NCBI GenBank assembly: GCA_043799545.1
Contig: JAZDNO010000022.1
Span: 1 to 56,134 of the forward strand
Source: Methanobacteriota archaeon
GTDB taxonomy: Archaea; Thermoplasmatota; Thermoplasmata; SG8-5; DAIRED01
Length of the DNA: 56,134 nt
Direction: 5' to 3'
Below are positions 47,144-56,134 of this stretch, piece by piece (within the stretch, counting starts at the first letter, position 1; the number at the start of each line of letters is the position of its first letter). The notes beneath the pieces were generated by a model. That model made no database searches. It worked only from the letters and a program-made list of their open reading frames with translations, and had not been told where the DNA came from. A program made the translations under genes and the position numbers.

Positions 47144-47260
47144 ATGACAATTGAAAATGAAATAAATTTTTCCAATGTGAATAGATTTTACGCTAAATTT
47201 CGCAGAAAATTACCTTATAAAAGATACTGGCTCGATTTTAGCAGCCTTTCAGTGGCTTAA
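47144..47260 (+). pseudogene. Possible truncated 5' gene fragment (38 aa) ending at the CAGTGGCT core
   Basis: TATA-like TTTATAAT and GGCGG upstream of ATG 47144; MTIENEINFSNVNRFYAKFRRKLPYKRYWLDFSSLSVA*, with TAA immediately after the core. Confidence 0.3.
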
Positions 47261-47309
47261 TAAATTTTTCATAGCTTTCGTCAACCTGGGATTTGAACTA
47301 AGACCACCA
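47250..47309 (+). repeat. tRNA-derived module, copy 3 (left half only)
   Basis: CAGTGGCT (47250-47257), 30 nt, GGGATTTGAACTAAGACCACCA (47288-47309, identical to 45677-45698); no right arm follows. Confidence 0.9.
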
Positions 47310-47385
47310 CATGGTGCCAAATCGTTTAATCGTTGCGGGGTAAAATCAAATGAAAGGTTTTGAGTTTGTAGTCCCAACAGCGAGA

Positions 47386-48321
47386 TTAGTTGCTCACCAC
47401 GTCTATGACGTTGCCGGTGTGTGCGTCTACGAAGACCACCGACTCGGCCATCAATGCGCTGTCTATCGACACTATGTGGTTCGGGTTCGTGATTACCTGC
47501 AGCACGTTTCCGCTTCCCGGCCCCCACCTCTCGACTTCGACTACGATAGCACCCGAGTACGACGTCGACGCGTAGATGTCCGTGATGTCGATGTGGTACC
47601 CAGAGGTCGGGCAGAGGCCCATGAAGGCCATCAGCACGGTCTCGGTTCCGAAGGGTATTGCCGGGGGAACTCCTCCTTCATGCGCGTCCCAGAACATGTC
47701 CCATCCTTCCCACGTGCTCACGGTTTCATAGTGCCCGACCCGCGGGCCCCATACATCGTAATCGTCCTTGTAACCGCTGTATGTCGAGGCCTCGTCATAG
47801 ATCGGAGTGATGGTTGTGTCCCAGTAGTACGGGTTCTGCTGGATCTTCTCCGAGAATATCAGAGCGACGAGGGTCTCCATCTGGTCTGTGAGCCCCTCGG
47901 CCTGAGCGTCGTCAATTATCCAGTCTTTGATGCCGGGCATCACTTCGAAAATCGCGTCCAGAGCGGCTTCATAGCGAGGGGTCTGGTACAGCCTGAGGTT
48001 CCTATACGCCTCGTACGTTTTCTCGCATATGACGGCCTTGTAGTCCGGCATTTCAAAGACCTCAATCGATGTAGCCACCGCCATGTCGTGGGCGTTCAAA
48101 GCATATTCCCACGCGGGGGCGCTCGGAAGGGTCGGCTCCGGTATCGGGACTGGATTCCCCGGCCCAGCCGGCGCAGTCGGGATGGAGCCGTTGTCTCCTG
48201 CCTCTTTCGTTACCTGCCCGCTTCCCGCCGTAACGATTGCCGGCATGGCCGCGGACATTGCCATGATGGCAACGCACACTATCGCACCTATTACTAATCC
48301 TATTTTTTTCATGTTACTCAT
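47386..48321 (-). CDS. Secreted protein with a PrcB C-terminal-like domain
   Basis: Signal MKKIGLVIGAIVCVAIMAM; C-terminal LMAFMGLCPTSGYHIDITDI...VLQVITNPNHIVSI. Start at 48321 or 48312. Confidence 0.7.
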   Translation of the reverse strand: MSNMKKIGLVIGAIVCVAIMAMSAAMPAIVTAGSGQVTKEAGDNGSIPTAPAGPGNPVPIPEPTLPSAPAWEYALNAHDMAVATSIEVFEMPDYKAVICEKTYEAYRNLRLYQTPRYEAALDAIFEVMPGIKDWIIDDAQAEGLTDQMETLVALIFSEKIQQNPYYWDTTITPIYDEASTYSGYKDDYDVWGPRVGHYETVSTWEGWDMFWDAHEGGVPPAIPFGTETVLMAFMGLCPTSGYHIDITDIYASTSYSGAIVVEVERWGPGSGNVLQVITNPNHIVSIDSALMAESVVFVDAHTGNVIDVVSN

Positions 48322-48611
48322 CTTCTTTCGGGTATTTGATGTCATAGCGCTCCGCAGCGCTCGTCGTTTACAAAGCCAACTCACATGATAACTGATGTGC
48401 CAGAGCAATCCCTACTCACACCACCTCCCCCGAAGGCATATTTCAGCCCCGTGGTGAAATGGCGATTATCATATTTAAGATTTATGTCATACCACCCATA
48501 AATGTTACGCTCCTAGTCTGCACAAAATTATTGACATGTGCACATCGAATTTTATCGGGCATTTTCCAACGGAAAATTCGTAATTTTTCCGAGTTGCCTG
48601 CACCGCGCTGC

Positions 48612-49862
48612 TCAATGGTGCTCTTTCTTCGGGAACTTTATCTTCGAGCGCTTCAAAGCTTCAACCGCAGGTAAATTCTTGCCTGCCAGATAGTTGATGA
48701 GGGCGCCACCGCCAGTCGAGATGTGGTTTACCTTTCCCTCAAGGTGGAGCTGCTCCGCGACTGCGGACGTGTGGCCCCCGCCTATGACCGTGTAAGCGTC
48801 GGACTCGGATATCGCCTTGAATATCTCCAGCGTCCCGAAGGCGAACTGCTCTATCTCGAAGACGCCCGCAGGTCCGTTGAGGCAAATCGTCCGCGCCTTC
48901 TCTATCTCATCTATGTAGCTGACCACGGTGTCTATCCCGAGGTCCATTATCTGATGCTGCGACGGAAGCTGGTCGAATGTGACGTCTATGCGCTCCCCGT
49001 TGTCGTTGACTGCAACGTCGGTCGGAACTAGTATCTTCTCTCCGTATGTGGCCAGCAGGCCCTTCCCGGCCTCAACCAGCTTCCTCCAATCCTCCACCTC
49101 CTTCTCGAGGAAGTCCACGGAAGGCTTGCCGACGTCGTAGCCCTTGGCCAGCAGGAAGATGTTCGCCACGACCCCCGTGGTCATTATCTTGTCCGCGATC
49201 CCCTTCTGCAGCATGTTGGTCATCACGTCGATGGAATCGTCCACCTTCGCCCCGCCGAGTATCGCCAGCGTCGGGCGGTCCGCTCCGTGGATGACCTTCC
49301 CCAACGAGACCAGCTCCTTCTGCATGATCCTTCCCGCGGCCGACGGCAGGACTTCGCAGAACCCCACGATTGTTGGCTGGTTCCTGTGCGCCGCCGCGAA
49401 GGCGTCGTTGACGAAATAGTCGGAGGCGGGGGCGAGGTTCCGTATGATGTGGCTCTTGACCTGGACCTTGACGTCCTTGTCCTTCAGCGCAACGTCCTCG
49501 GCGAAGAACCTGGTGTTCTCCAGAAGCAGGACGTCGCCGTTCTCCAGCGCCTTCATCGCGCCGAGTGCCCGCCGGTCGAAGAGGCTGTCGCAATACACCA
49601 CGTTCTTCCCCAATATCGAGGATAGGCGCCTCGCGTGCTTGTCGAGGGGGGTGAAGTCGCTCTTGCCCGGCTTGCTCTGGTGCGCCAGTATCACGACCTT
49701 GGCGTGCGAGAGCGCCTTGATTGTCTCCGCGTGCTGGCGCATCCGGCTGTCGTCCAGAAGATCCCCGGTCGAGGGGTCTATGGGGGAGTTTATGTCCAAC
49801 CTTAGAAGCACCCTCTTTCCCGTCAGGTCGAAATCGTCCAGCGTGTAGAAATCCAAGCCCAT
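48612..49862 (-). CDS. pgk: Phosphoglycerate kinase
   Basis: RLDINSP, LAHQS, LLENTRF, VNDAFAAAHR, ILGGAKV, NGPAGVFE, GGGHT, HISTGGGA. Confidence 0.98.
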   Translation of the reverse strand: MGLDFYTLDDFDLTGKRVLLRLDINSPIDPSTGDLLDDSRMRQHAETIKALSHAKVVILAHQSKPGKSDFTPLDKHARRLSSILGKNVVYCDSLFDRRALGAMKALENGDVLLLENTRFFAEDVALKDKDVKVQVKSHIIRNLAPASDYFVNDAFAAAHRNQPTIVGFCEVLPSAAGRIMQKELVSLGKVIHGADRPTLAILGGAKVDDSIDVMTNMLQKGIADKIMTTGVVANIFLLAKGYDVGKPSVDFLEKEVEDWRKLVEAGKGLLATYGEKILVPTDVAVNDNGERIDVTFDQLPSQHQIMDLGIDTVVSYIDEIEKARTICLNGPAGVFEIEQFAFGTLEIFKAISESDAYTVIGGGHTSAVAEQLHLEGKVNHISTGGGALINYLAGKNLPAVEALKRSKIKFPKKEHH

Positions 49863-50041
49863 GTAAGCCCATCCCCGAACCTGCTTTCGGGTAATTATTA
49901 CTTTCTGTCTTTCCCTCGTCCGCCCCGTCGTGAAAACGGTGGAATAATGGCCTTTCCTTTTTCAAACGTCCGCCAAGCCAACCCCCCCTCCGGCGAAAGG
50001 CTTATCCTTCCTGCCTGCAATCCCCGGGCGAGGTGGCCAAA

Positions 50042-51292
50042 ATGGGCAAGACAATCGTCGAGAAGATAATCAAGAGCCATGCGGATGAGGAAGTCGCAGC
50101 CGGGAAGATTGTTTGGCTGAAGATAGACGTTCGCTCGGCAAGGGACTTCGGCGGCGCCAACGTCGTCAAGGCCTTCAACCAGCATTATCCCGGCGACAAG
50201 GTCAACGATTCGTCGAAGACCGTGTTCACCTTCGACTGCAACGTGCCGGCCAACACCATCGCCTACGCGAGCAACCAGCACCTGTGCAGGAAGTTCGCCC
50301 GGGGCCAAGGCATCAAGGTCTACGACTGCAACTCCGGGATCGGGTCGCACGTCGCCATCGAGAGCGGTCTGGCGGTCCCGGGTTCGACCATGGTTGGAAC
50401 GGACTCGCACCTGAACATACTCGGAGCCGTCGGCGCCTTCGGCCAGGGGATGGGGGACCAGGACATAGCCTTCGTCTTCAAGGCTGGCAAGACCTGGTTC
50501 GAAGTGCCCGAGACTATGAAAATCAACATCACGGGGAAGCTGCCCGCGGGCTGCACCGCGAAGGACTTGACGCTGAAGGTCTGCGGCACGCTGACCTCAA
50601 AAGGAGCGCTGGGCATGGCCATGGAGTTCTATGGCGAGGCCATCGACTCGCTCGACCTGGCCGGCAGGATAACGCTTGCTTCGATGGCGACCGAGATGGG
50701 CGCCATCGCCGGGCTGATACCGCCGAGCGAGGAGATTCTAAAACACAGCGAGAAGGCTTCGGGCCGAAAAATCGAAGGGGTTTACGCCGACCCCGATGCG
50801 AAATATGTGAAGGAGGTAGCAATAGACATCTCCAGCCTTAAACCGCAGATTGCAAAGCCCCCGAAGCCGGATGCGGTCGTGGACGTGGAGAGCGTCAAGG
50901 ATGTCGCCGTCGATTCGGTCTTCATAGGCTCATGCACGAACGGCACCTACGAAGACCTTGCCGGAGTGGCCAAGCTGCTCACGGGCAAGACGATAAAGAA
51001 TGGGGTGCTGGCGAGCGTCGTGCCAGCGACGATGGAAGGATACAAGCGCCTTCTGAAGGAGGGGCACATCCAGACCTTCGTCGACGCCGGCTTCCTCGTT
51101 TCGAACCCGGGCTGCGGCGGCTGCGCCTCCGGTCAAATCGGCATGACGGGAAAGGACGAGGTCCAGGTCTCAACGTCGAACCGCAACTTCGCTGGAAAGC
51201 AGGGCGACGGCTTCACATACCTGGCGTCTCCAGAAACGGCTGCCGCGTCTGCGGTGCTTGGAAGGATAGGGACATGGTCGGAGGTGAAGTGA
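50042..51292 (+). CDS. Aconitase-family (IPM isomerase/homoaconitase) large subunit
   Basis: GTDSH, FIGSCTNG, NPGCGGC, STSNRNF (three Fe-S cysteines). Confidence 0.93.
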   Translation: MGKTIVEKIIKSHADEEVAAGKIVWLKIDVRSARDFGGANVVKAFNQHYPGDKVNDSSKTVFTFDCNVPANTIAYASNQHLCRKFARGQGIKVYDCNSGIGSHVAIESGLAVPGSTMVGTDSHLNILGAVGAFGQGMGDQDIAFVFKAGKTWFEVPETMKINITGKLPAGCTAKDLTLKVCGTLTSKGALGMAMEFYGEAIDSLDLAGRITLASMATEMGAIAGLIPPSEEILKHSEKASGRKIEGVYADPDAKYVKEVAIDISSLKPQIAKPPKPDAVVDVESVKDVAVDSVFIGSCTNGTYEDLAGVAKLLTGKTIKNGVLASVVPATMEGYKRLLKEGHIQTFVDAGFLVSNPGCGGCASGQIGMTGKDEVQVSTSNRNFAGKQGDGFTYLASPETAAASAVLGRIGTWSEVK

Positions 51293-51807
51293 TGCAGACG
51301 AAGTTCGAGGGCCGCATTTGGCTAATCCAGCGCGACGGAAAGCTCATAGACGACATAGACACGGACATGATATTCCACAACAGCCACCTTGCGATAACGG
51401 ACATCAGGCTCATGGGCCAGCACTCGTTCGGCAACCTCAAGGGCTACGAGAGCTTCGCGAAGGAGGCGAGGCCCGGAGACATAGTCGCGGTGGGGCAGAA
51501 CTTCGGCTCCGGTTCGTCGCGCCAGCAGGCGATAGACTGCTTCAAGTCGCTCGGAATAGGAGCGATTCTTGCCAAGTCGATAGGGGCGATATCGAAGCGC
51601 AACGCCATCAACTCCGGCTTCCCGATATTCACGTACGAGACGCTGGATAATTCTGGGGTCAAAACGGGCGACACGGTGGCCGTGGACATCGTGTCCCTGA
51701 CGATTACACACAACGGCAAGGTGATTGGCAAGTTAAATCCAGTCTCGAAGGTCCAGATGGACATACTGGAAGCGGGGGACGTGTTCGAGTATGCGAAGAG
51801 GCTGTGA
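51292..51807 (+). CDS. Aconitase-family small subunit
   Basis: DDIDTDMI, GQNFGSGSSRQQA, RNAINSGFP; TGATG overlap with the large subunit. Confidence 0.92.
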   Translation: MQTKFEGRIWLIQRDGKLIDDIDTDMIFHNSHLAITDIRLMGQHSFGNLKGYESFAKEARPGDIVAVGQNFGSGSSRQQAIDCFKSLGIGAILAKSIGAISKRNAINSGFPIFTYETLDNSGVKTGDTVAVDIVSLTITHNGKVIGKLNPVSKVQMDILEAGDVFEYAKRL

Positions 51808-51810
51808 GGC

Positions 51811-52215
51811 TCAATCGCACTCCCTGAGGAAATCGCCAGCCGCGATTATCTTGATGCCCTTGTAGCTGCCCATCTTCAACAGGTGGTGATCTCCTGTGAC
51901 TATGAAATCGGCCTTGCCTTCGACAGCGCACTCCAGAATTCGATTGTCGTCGGGGTCCTCTTTAATCTCGGCGATTTTGTGTTTTGGCTCGACCAACACT
52001 GCGGTCTCAAGGTGAATTTCGATGAATTTAGTGATGTTCTCCCGTGGAAATCCAGAAAACTTCCCTCGCGCCACTACGGCCAGGAACTCAGCGAGTATGT
52101 CGTCACTCAACAACAGGTCAACCTCGGGGTTCTGCGTCGCGAGTAGGGCTCACCGCTCGTTTCCCTCCCACCAGAGTGCCGAGACTAGCACGTTCGTATC
52201 CAGGACGGCCCTCAT
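51811..52215 (-). pseudogene. PIN-domain (VapC-like) toxin with a premature TGA at codon 22
   Basis: Hand translation from ATG 52215: MRAVLDTNVLVSALWWEGNER*ALLATQNPEVDLLLSDDILAEF..DPDDNRILECAVEGKADFIVTGDHHLL; TGA at 52150-52152. Confidence 0.85.
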
Positions 52216-52487
52216 TTGGCCTGCCTCTTGGCCTTCCTGACCTCCACTATGGCGCGCTCGACGTCCTCCTTCGTAATCCCCTTCTCGTCGGCATATTTCT
52301 CGGAAAGCTCCAATAGGTCCAGCAGCTCCTTCCTGCGCGACGTCTTGCGTATGCGCCTCAGTACGATTTCCTCACCTTCGCTGATGACCAGGAAGCGGTC
52401 GGCTGGCTCTATGCCCATGGTCTCGCGTATCTCCGCTGGAATGACGATTTGTCCGTTGCGCGACATCTTCGCTATGCCCATGCCCAT
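52212..52487 (-). CDS. AbrB/MazE/SpoVT-family antitoxin
   Basis: KMSRNGQIVIPAEIRETMGIEPADRF; ATGA overlap with the PIN gene. Confidence 0.9.
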   Translation of the reverse strand: MGMGIAKMSRNGQIVIPAEIRETMGIEPADRFLVISEGEEIVLRRIRKTSRRKELLDLLELSEKYADEKGITKEDVERAIVEVRKAKRQAK

Positions 52488-52564
52488 GTTATCACCGAGG
52501 CCTACAAAGTTTTTTAGAGATAAAATACTTTTTATTCACAGATCGAGCCTTATCAGTTAATTTT

Positions 52565-53143
52565 TCAATAGTTATCAAGTTTATAGTCTTTATTTATTCG
52601 TTTGTCCGCCATAAATAGAATACGGTCAGACTTGTCAAATGGTATTTGTAATATTTGGCATACCTCTGTTAGATCAATTAAAAATTTTAAATATAGTTCA
52701 ATTTGCATATTCAAATTCTTGTCGTTGACATATTGTGGCAGTTTGAGTTTTTTATCTGGATAGATTATTCGATATACTCTCTGGTCAATAATCTGATATA
52801 CATTTTTATTCCTAAATCTCAAAATTGTTGAAGCCGTTGGAAGCCCAATTCCTTTAATTTTTAGAAGTGCATATAGAATATTGATTGTCTTGCCCTTGTC
52901 AAGCTTTTTTGAATTGCCATCTATACTGTTAATAATGTTTAGAGTGTCATTATCAATGCAAGCGTAACGATTTACTTTCCATAGAACTATTTCATTTATT
53001 ATATTTTGGTCAAATGCTGCTATTTGCTTATCAAGACGCGCAGTCAAGTTCGCTTGATAATCATAGTCGTAGTCTGCTGGTAAAATTTGAAAGTCCTTAT
53101 CAAATACTGTTCTGTGTGCCATGATTTTACCTACGTACCCCAA
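52565..53143 (-). CDS. Helix-hairpin-helix DNA glycosylase-like protein (AT-rich insert)
   Basis: LLKIKGIGLPTASTILRF (HhH) followed by YQIIDQRVYR (Asp in an HhH-GPD-like position). Confidence 0.65.
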   Translation of the reverse strand: MGYVGKIMAHRTVFDKDFQILPADYDYDYQANLTARLDKQIAAFDQNIINEIVLWKVNRYACIDNDTLNIINSIDGNSKKLDKGKTINILYALLKIKGIGLPTASTILRFRNKNVYQIIDQRVYRIIYPDKKLKLPQYVNDKNLNMQIELYLKFLIDLTEVCQILQIPFDKSDRILFMADKRINKDYKLDNY

Positions 53144-53245
53144 TAAATCCCTATATCGTGATTACACTTGATAATTGTATCGAACAAGCAGATGCATCAA
53201 TTCTATCATTTTTAACCTCATCACACTACCAGGACTCAACTCCCG

Positions 53246-53494
53246 CTATTCCGGCTTCGTCCCAACCTCGATTATCTCGAACTCGACCAAATCCATCCAG
53301 TTGTCCGTCCACCTCTTGAATAGGGCGGGTTCGTCCGTCTCCATCATCTGGAAGCACCTGTCCCCATCCTTCTCTAGCCAGCTCTCGACGTAGCGCAGCC
53401 CGTCGGGGAGCATCCTTCCGCGCGAGCGGAACCTCTCGTAGATTTTATCTTTGCAGCCTGGCTTGAAGGTCTCGACGACCATATAGCGCGCCAT
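53246..53494 (-). CDS. DUF3303-like protein
   Basis: YMVVETF..IYERF..GRMLPDGLRYVESW..RCFQMME..WMDLVEFEIIEV. Confidence 0.8.
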   Translation of the reverse strand: MARYMVVETFKPGCKDKIYERFRSRGRMLPDGLRYVESWLEKDGDRCFQMMETDEPALFKRWTDNWMDLVEFEIIEVGTKPE

Positions 53495-53530
53495 CGTGTA
53501 TCCCTATTACCTAATCCATTCGAGGTATTA

Positions 53531-54271
53531 TCACAGCTCTATAAGTCGGTTGCCATCGCGACAATATATATTTTCGTGCTTGTATCCGTACCGCTCCCTG
53601 GGTCGCGCTATGTGCGGCTCGAATGTGAAAAGGGGCCAATCGCCTATTATTTCCCGATTCTCTTCGTCGAACCATCGACGCTCTCCGATTGCCTTTTCAA
53701 TCGTATGCCCGAGGTTCCGGTTGAAATCCAGGTTCCGGTAACCGCCCGTCTGGACTTCCGCCTCCACGCGAGCGAACGCATCCGACACGGATTCGCCGGG
53801 ACGGAATCTTTCCGCGAAACGTGAATGCAAACGTTTCTCAAATGCCAGCCCGTCCAACCATCCTTGGACGCGCGCATCGTCGGATGTCGTTTCGCTCTCG
53901 CTGAGAGCCTTGCCGCCTTCGATTACAAGCGTCCGCGCGTAATCCCCCCAGAAATCGCCAATGCGCGGGCTGAGGTCCACCGTCACCAAGTCGGTTTCCT
54001 TGAGCGTGTAGTCTGAAGGGATGTACTCTTTGCCAGACATCGATAACACCGAACGCTCCCCGGCGAGCACGAAACCCCCCACGCCGTGATACCAGAATCC
54101 TTCCGCGCTGTTTTGGAACATGTATTCCTCAGCGACGGTGCGCACGCCCTTCTCGCTCATACCGGCTCGGACGACCCTGCGCAGATAATTCATTGTGCGC
54201 TTAGCCAGGGATTGAACCTTACGATACTCGCTCAGATGTTCCAACTTCCCATGCGGTAATGACATTACCAT
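53531..54271 (-). CDS. M24-family metallopeptidase
   Basis: VDLSP..WGDYART, NLGH, FTFEPH, YKHEN metal-ligand pattern. Confidence 0.8.
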   Translation of the reverse strand: MVMSLPHGKLEHLSEYRKVQSLAKRTMNYLRRVVRAGMSEKGVRTVAEEYMFQNSAEGFWYHGVGGFVLAGERSVLSMSGKEYIPSDYTLKETDLVTVDLSPRIGDFWGDYARTLVIEGGKALSESETTSDDARVQGWLDGLAFEKRLHSRFAERFRPGESVSDAFARVEAEVQTGGYRNLDFNRNLGHTIEKAIGERRWFDEENREIIGDWPLFTFEPHIARPRERYGYKHENIYCRDGNRLIEL

Positions 54272-54292
54272 ACGATATGTCGATACTCGGCG

Positions 54293-55906
54293 TTAATGTT
54301 TGTGCTCCGCATAAGCCAGCGCCGCCTTCACTAATCCGTAATGCACCGCAGAGGGCTTCAGCGGCCTTGACTTGAACTCGGGGTGGAACTGCGTCCCCAC
54401 GAAGTACGGGTGGCCGTCGAGTTCGGCGACCTCCATCCTGCGCCCGTCCTCCGAGCGGCCCGTGTAGTGCAGGCCAGCGCGCTCTATCTGCTCGATGTAC
54501 TGCGGATTGATCTCATATCGGTGCCTGTGGCGCTCGGATATTTCGGTCGCACCGTTGTAGAGCTCCGAGACCTTGCTTCCCTTAACAAGGACGGCCTTGT
54601 GGCCGCCCAGGCGCATCGTCGCCCCCATGTCAGTGACATCCTTCTGCTCGGGCAGCAGGTCGACGACCGGATGCCTCGTCCTCGGGTTGAACTCCGTGCT
54701 GTTCGCATCTTCCATGCAAAGGACCGTCCTGCAGAATTCAATCGTCGCCAGCTGGAATCCGAGGCAAACGCCGAGGAACGGAATCTTCTTCTCCCGCGCT
54801 ATCCCCGCGGCCTTTATCTTCCCCTCTATCCCCCTGTCACCGAAGCCACCCGGGATTAGGATGCCGTCGGCCTTCTCTAGAACGTCGATTCCGTGGCCCT
54901 TCTCAAGCTCCTCGCTCTCGACCCAGGTCAGCTCGACCTTCGCGCCTAGCGCCGCCCCCGCGTGCTGGAAGGCCTCGATGTGGCTGATGTATGAGTCGGC
55001 CAGATGGGTGTACTTGCCCACGATTGCGATGTGCACCTTCTTCTTCGCGGACAGGATGGAATTCACGAAAGTCTCCCAGCCTGCGAGGTCCTTAGGACCC
55101 TCCGGCAACCCAAGGCGCTTGAGTATGTAGTTCGCCAATCCTTGCTCCTCCAGCAGGAGTGGCACAAGATAAATCGACTTGGCGTCCGGCGCGCTCACCA
55201 CGGCTTCCAGAGGCACGTCGCAGAAAAGTGAAATCTTGCGCTTGATGTCGTATTCGAGCGGCCGCGTTCCCCTTGCCACGATTGCATCGGGGATTATCCC
55301 CATCTCCCTCAGCTTGCTCACGGAGTGCTGGGTAGGCTTCGTCTTCTGCTCGCCCACGACGCTCATTACCGGAACGAGCGTCGTATGCACGAAAACGCAG
55401 AACGCCTCGCCTCCGACCTCCCGGCGCAGCTGCCTCACTGCTTCGAGGAAGGGCATGGATTCTATGTCGCCGACAGTGCCGCCGAGCTCGACCAGAACGA
55501 CATCGGCGCCGGACTCCTTGCCCACGTCCAGTATCGTCTGTTTAATCTCGTTCGTCACGTGCGGGATTATCTGGACAGTTTTACCGAGGTAGTCGCCACG
55601 GCGCTCCTTCTCTATGACCGCGCGGTAGGCTTTACCGGTGGTGATGTTGTGGATGCTCGCGAGGCTGACATCTAAAAACCGCTCGTAGTTGCCCAGGTCC
55701 AGGTCGACCTCGCCCCCGTCGTCCAGAACGAAAACCTCGCCGTGCTGGAACGGGTTCATGGTACCAGCATCGCAGTTGAGGTAGGGGTCAATCTTTATTG
55801 CCGTAACCTTGAGGCCGCGCGCCCTCAGCAGAACGCCAATGGACGAAACGGTGATTCCCTTGCCAAGCCCAGACAAAACCCCGCCCGTCACCACAACGAA
55901 TTTCAT
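54293..55906 (-). CDS. pyrG: CTP synthase
   Basis: [57 protein letters not shown]. Confidence 0.98.
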   Translation of the reverse strand: MKFVVVTGGVLSGLGKGITVSSIGVLLRARGLKVTAIKIDPYLNCDAGTMNPFQHGEVFVLDDGGEVDLDLGNYERFLDVSLASIHNITTGKAYRAVIEKERRGDYLGKTVQIIPHVTNEIKQTILDVGKESGADVVLVELGGTVGDIESMPFLEAVRQLRREVGGEAFCVFVHTTLVPVMSVVGEQKTKPTQHSVSKLREMGIIPDAIVARGTRPLEYDIKRKISLFCDVPLEAVVSAPDAKSIYLVPLLLEEQGLANYILKRLGLPEGPKDLAGWETFVNSILSAKKKVHIAIVGKYTHLADSYISHIEAFQHAGAALGAKVELTWVESEELEKGHGIDVLEKADGILIPGGFGDRGIEGKIKAAGIAREKKIPFLGVCLGFQLATIEFCRTVLCMEDANSTEFNPRTRHPVVDLLPEQKDVTDMGATMRLGGHKAVLVKGSKVSELYNGATEISERHRHRYEINPQYIEQIERAGLHYTGRSEDGRRMEVAELDGHPYFVGTQFHPEFKSRPLKPSAVHYGLVKAALAYAEHKH

Positions 55907-56015
55907 GCTTTCACGGGAGTCGATGAATACGTGGGTTGGAGATAAAACCTCCGGTCATTGGCGGAGGGACATACCGCTTTTAGAAACATATGGAAAACGG
56001 AAAAGTAAAGGATTT

Positions 56016-56036
56016 CGGGGCCGCATCGCGGCCCCG
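56016..56036 (-). terminator. GC-rich hairpin followed by a T-rich tract on the minus strand
   Basis: CGGGGCCGC-ATC-GCGGCCCCG perfect 9-bp stem, 18 nt after the stop of the partial upstream gene. Confidence 0.6.
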
Positions 56037-56054
56037 CATCTAACGGTGTTTTCC

Positions 56055-56134
56055 CTAGTAGCCCTTAGTCCAGGTGCCGTCCGTGGTGACCTTCACCCAG
56101 TAGGCTTTGTCCGGCGCCATCAGGTTCGCGTCTA
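56055..56134 (-). CDS. C-terminal end of a probable surface protein (partial)
   Basis: Hand translation: DANLMAPDKAYWVKVTTDGTWTKGY*; runs in from the window end. Confidence 0.5.
   Translation of the reverse strand, partial: DANLMAPDKAYWVKVTTDGTWTKGY

Noticed and set aside
45639-47309. CRISPR array interpretation of the repeated modules
   Set aside because: The repeats are tRNA-derived and only three, spacing is irregular (160 and 1451 bp), and no cas genes are present.
52150-52152. Selenocysteine recoding of the PIN TGA
   Set aside because: The position is not a Cys or catalytic site, Arg (CGA) is the natural fit, and no SECIS-like element was noticed.
1-56134. Transposase, integrase, rRNA or provirus genes
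   Set aside because: No DDE, HUH, tyrosine or serine recombinase motifs, capsid or terminase-like ORFs, or rRNA-like sequence were recognised anywhere in the window.

Overview
A GC-rich archaeal chromosome segment, most likely Thermoplasmatota (inferred from LonB, archaeal ThrRS, PAN/MBF1, the ftsZ-secE-spt5-rpl11 cluster, DUF835 and a CxxC..WIPxYQRWYC motif). Housekeeping genes are interrupted by AT-richer accessory blocks at about 1-360, 4640-6940, 14.7-22.7 kb, 45.3-48.6 kb and 52.5-53.2 kb. Main highlights: (1) tRNA-Thr(CGU) is surrounded by a displaced 5' fragment and by three copies of a fixed module (CAGTGGCT core, exactly 30 nt, inverted T-arm, hairpin, tRNA 3' end) that bracket small cargo segments like an integron-like cassette array. 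(2) A roughly 2,046-aa surface subtilase with an internal Hint domain is split by a single-base frameshift. (3) A Rab-like GTPase is coupled to a V4R-like-DUF835 protein, and a Cache-HAMP receptor ends in a V4R-like domain. (4) A membrane-anchored caspase-family protease has a cytoplasmic Zn ribbon. (5) There is a CBS-HPF ribosome hibernation factor candidate, an Spt5 with an extra Ig-like domain, an ABC-F protein, tandem ftsZ genes sharing an upstream motif, and several gene remnants absent from the ORF track. All family assignments come from motif recognition by eye; no searches were run.
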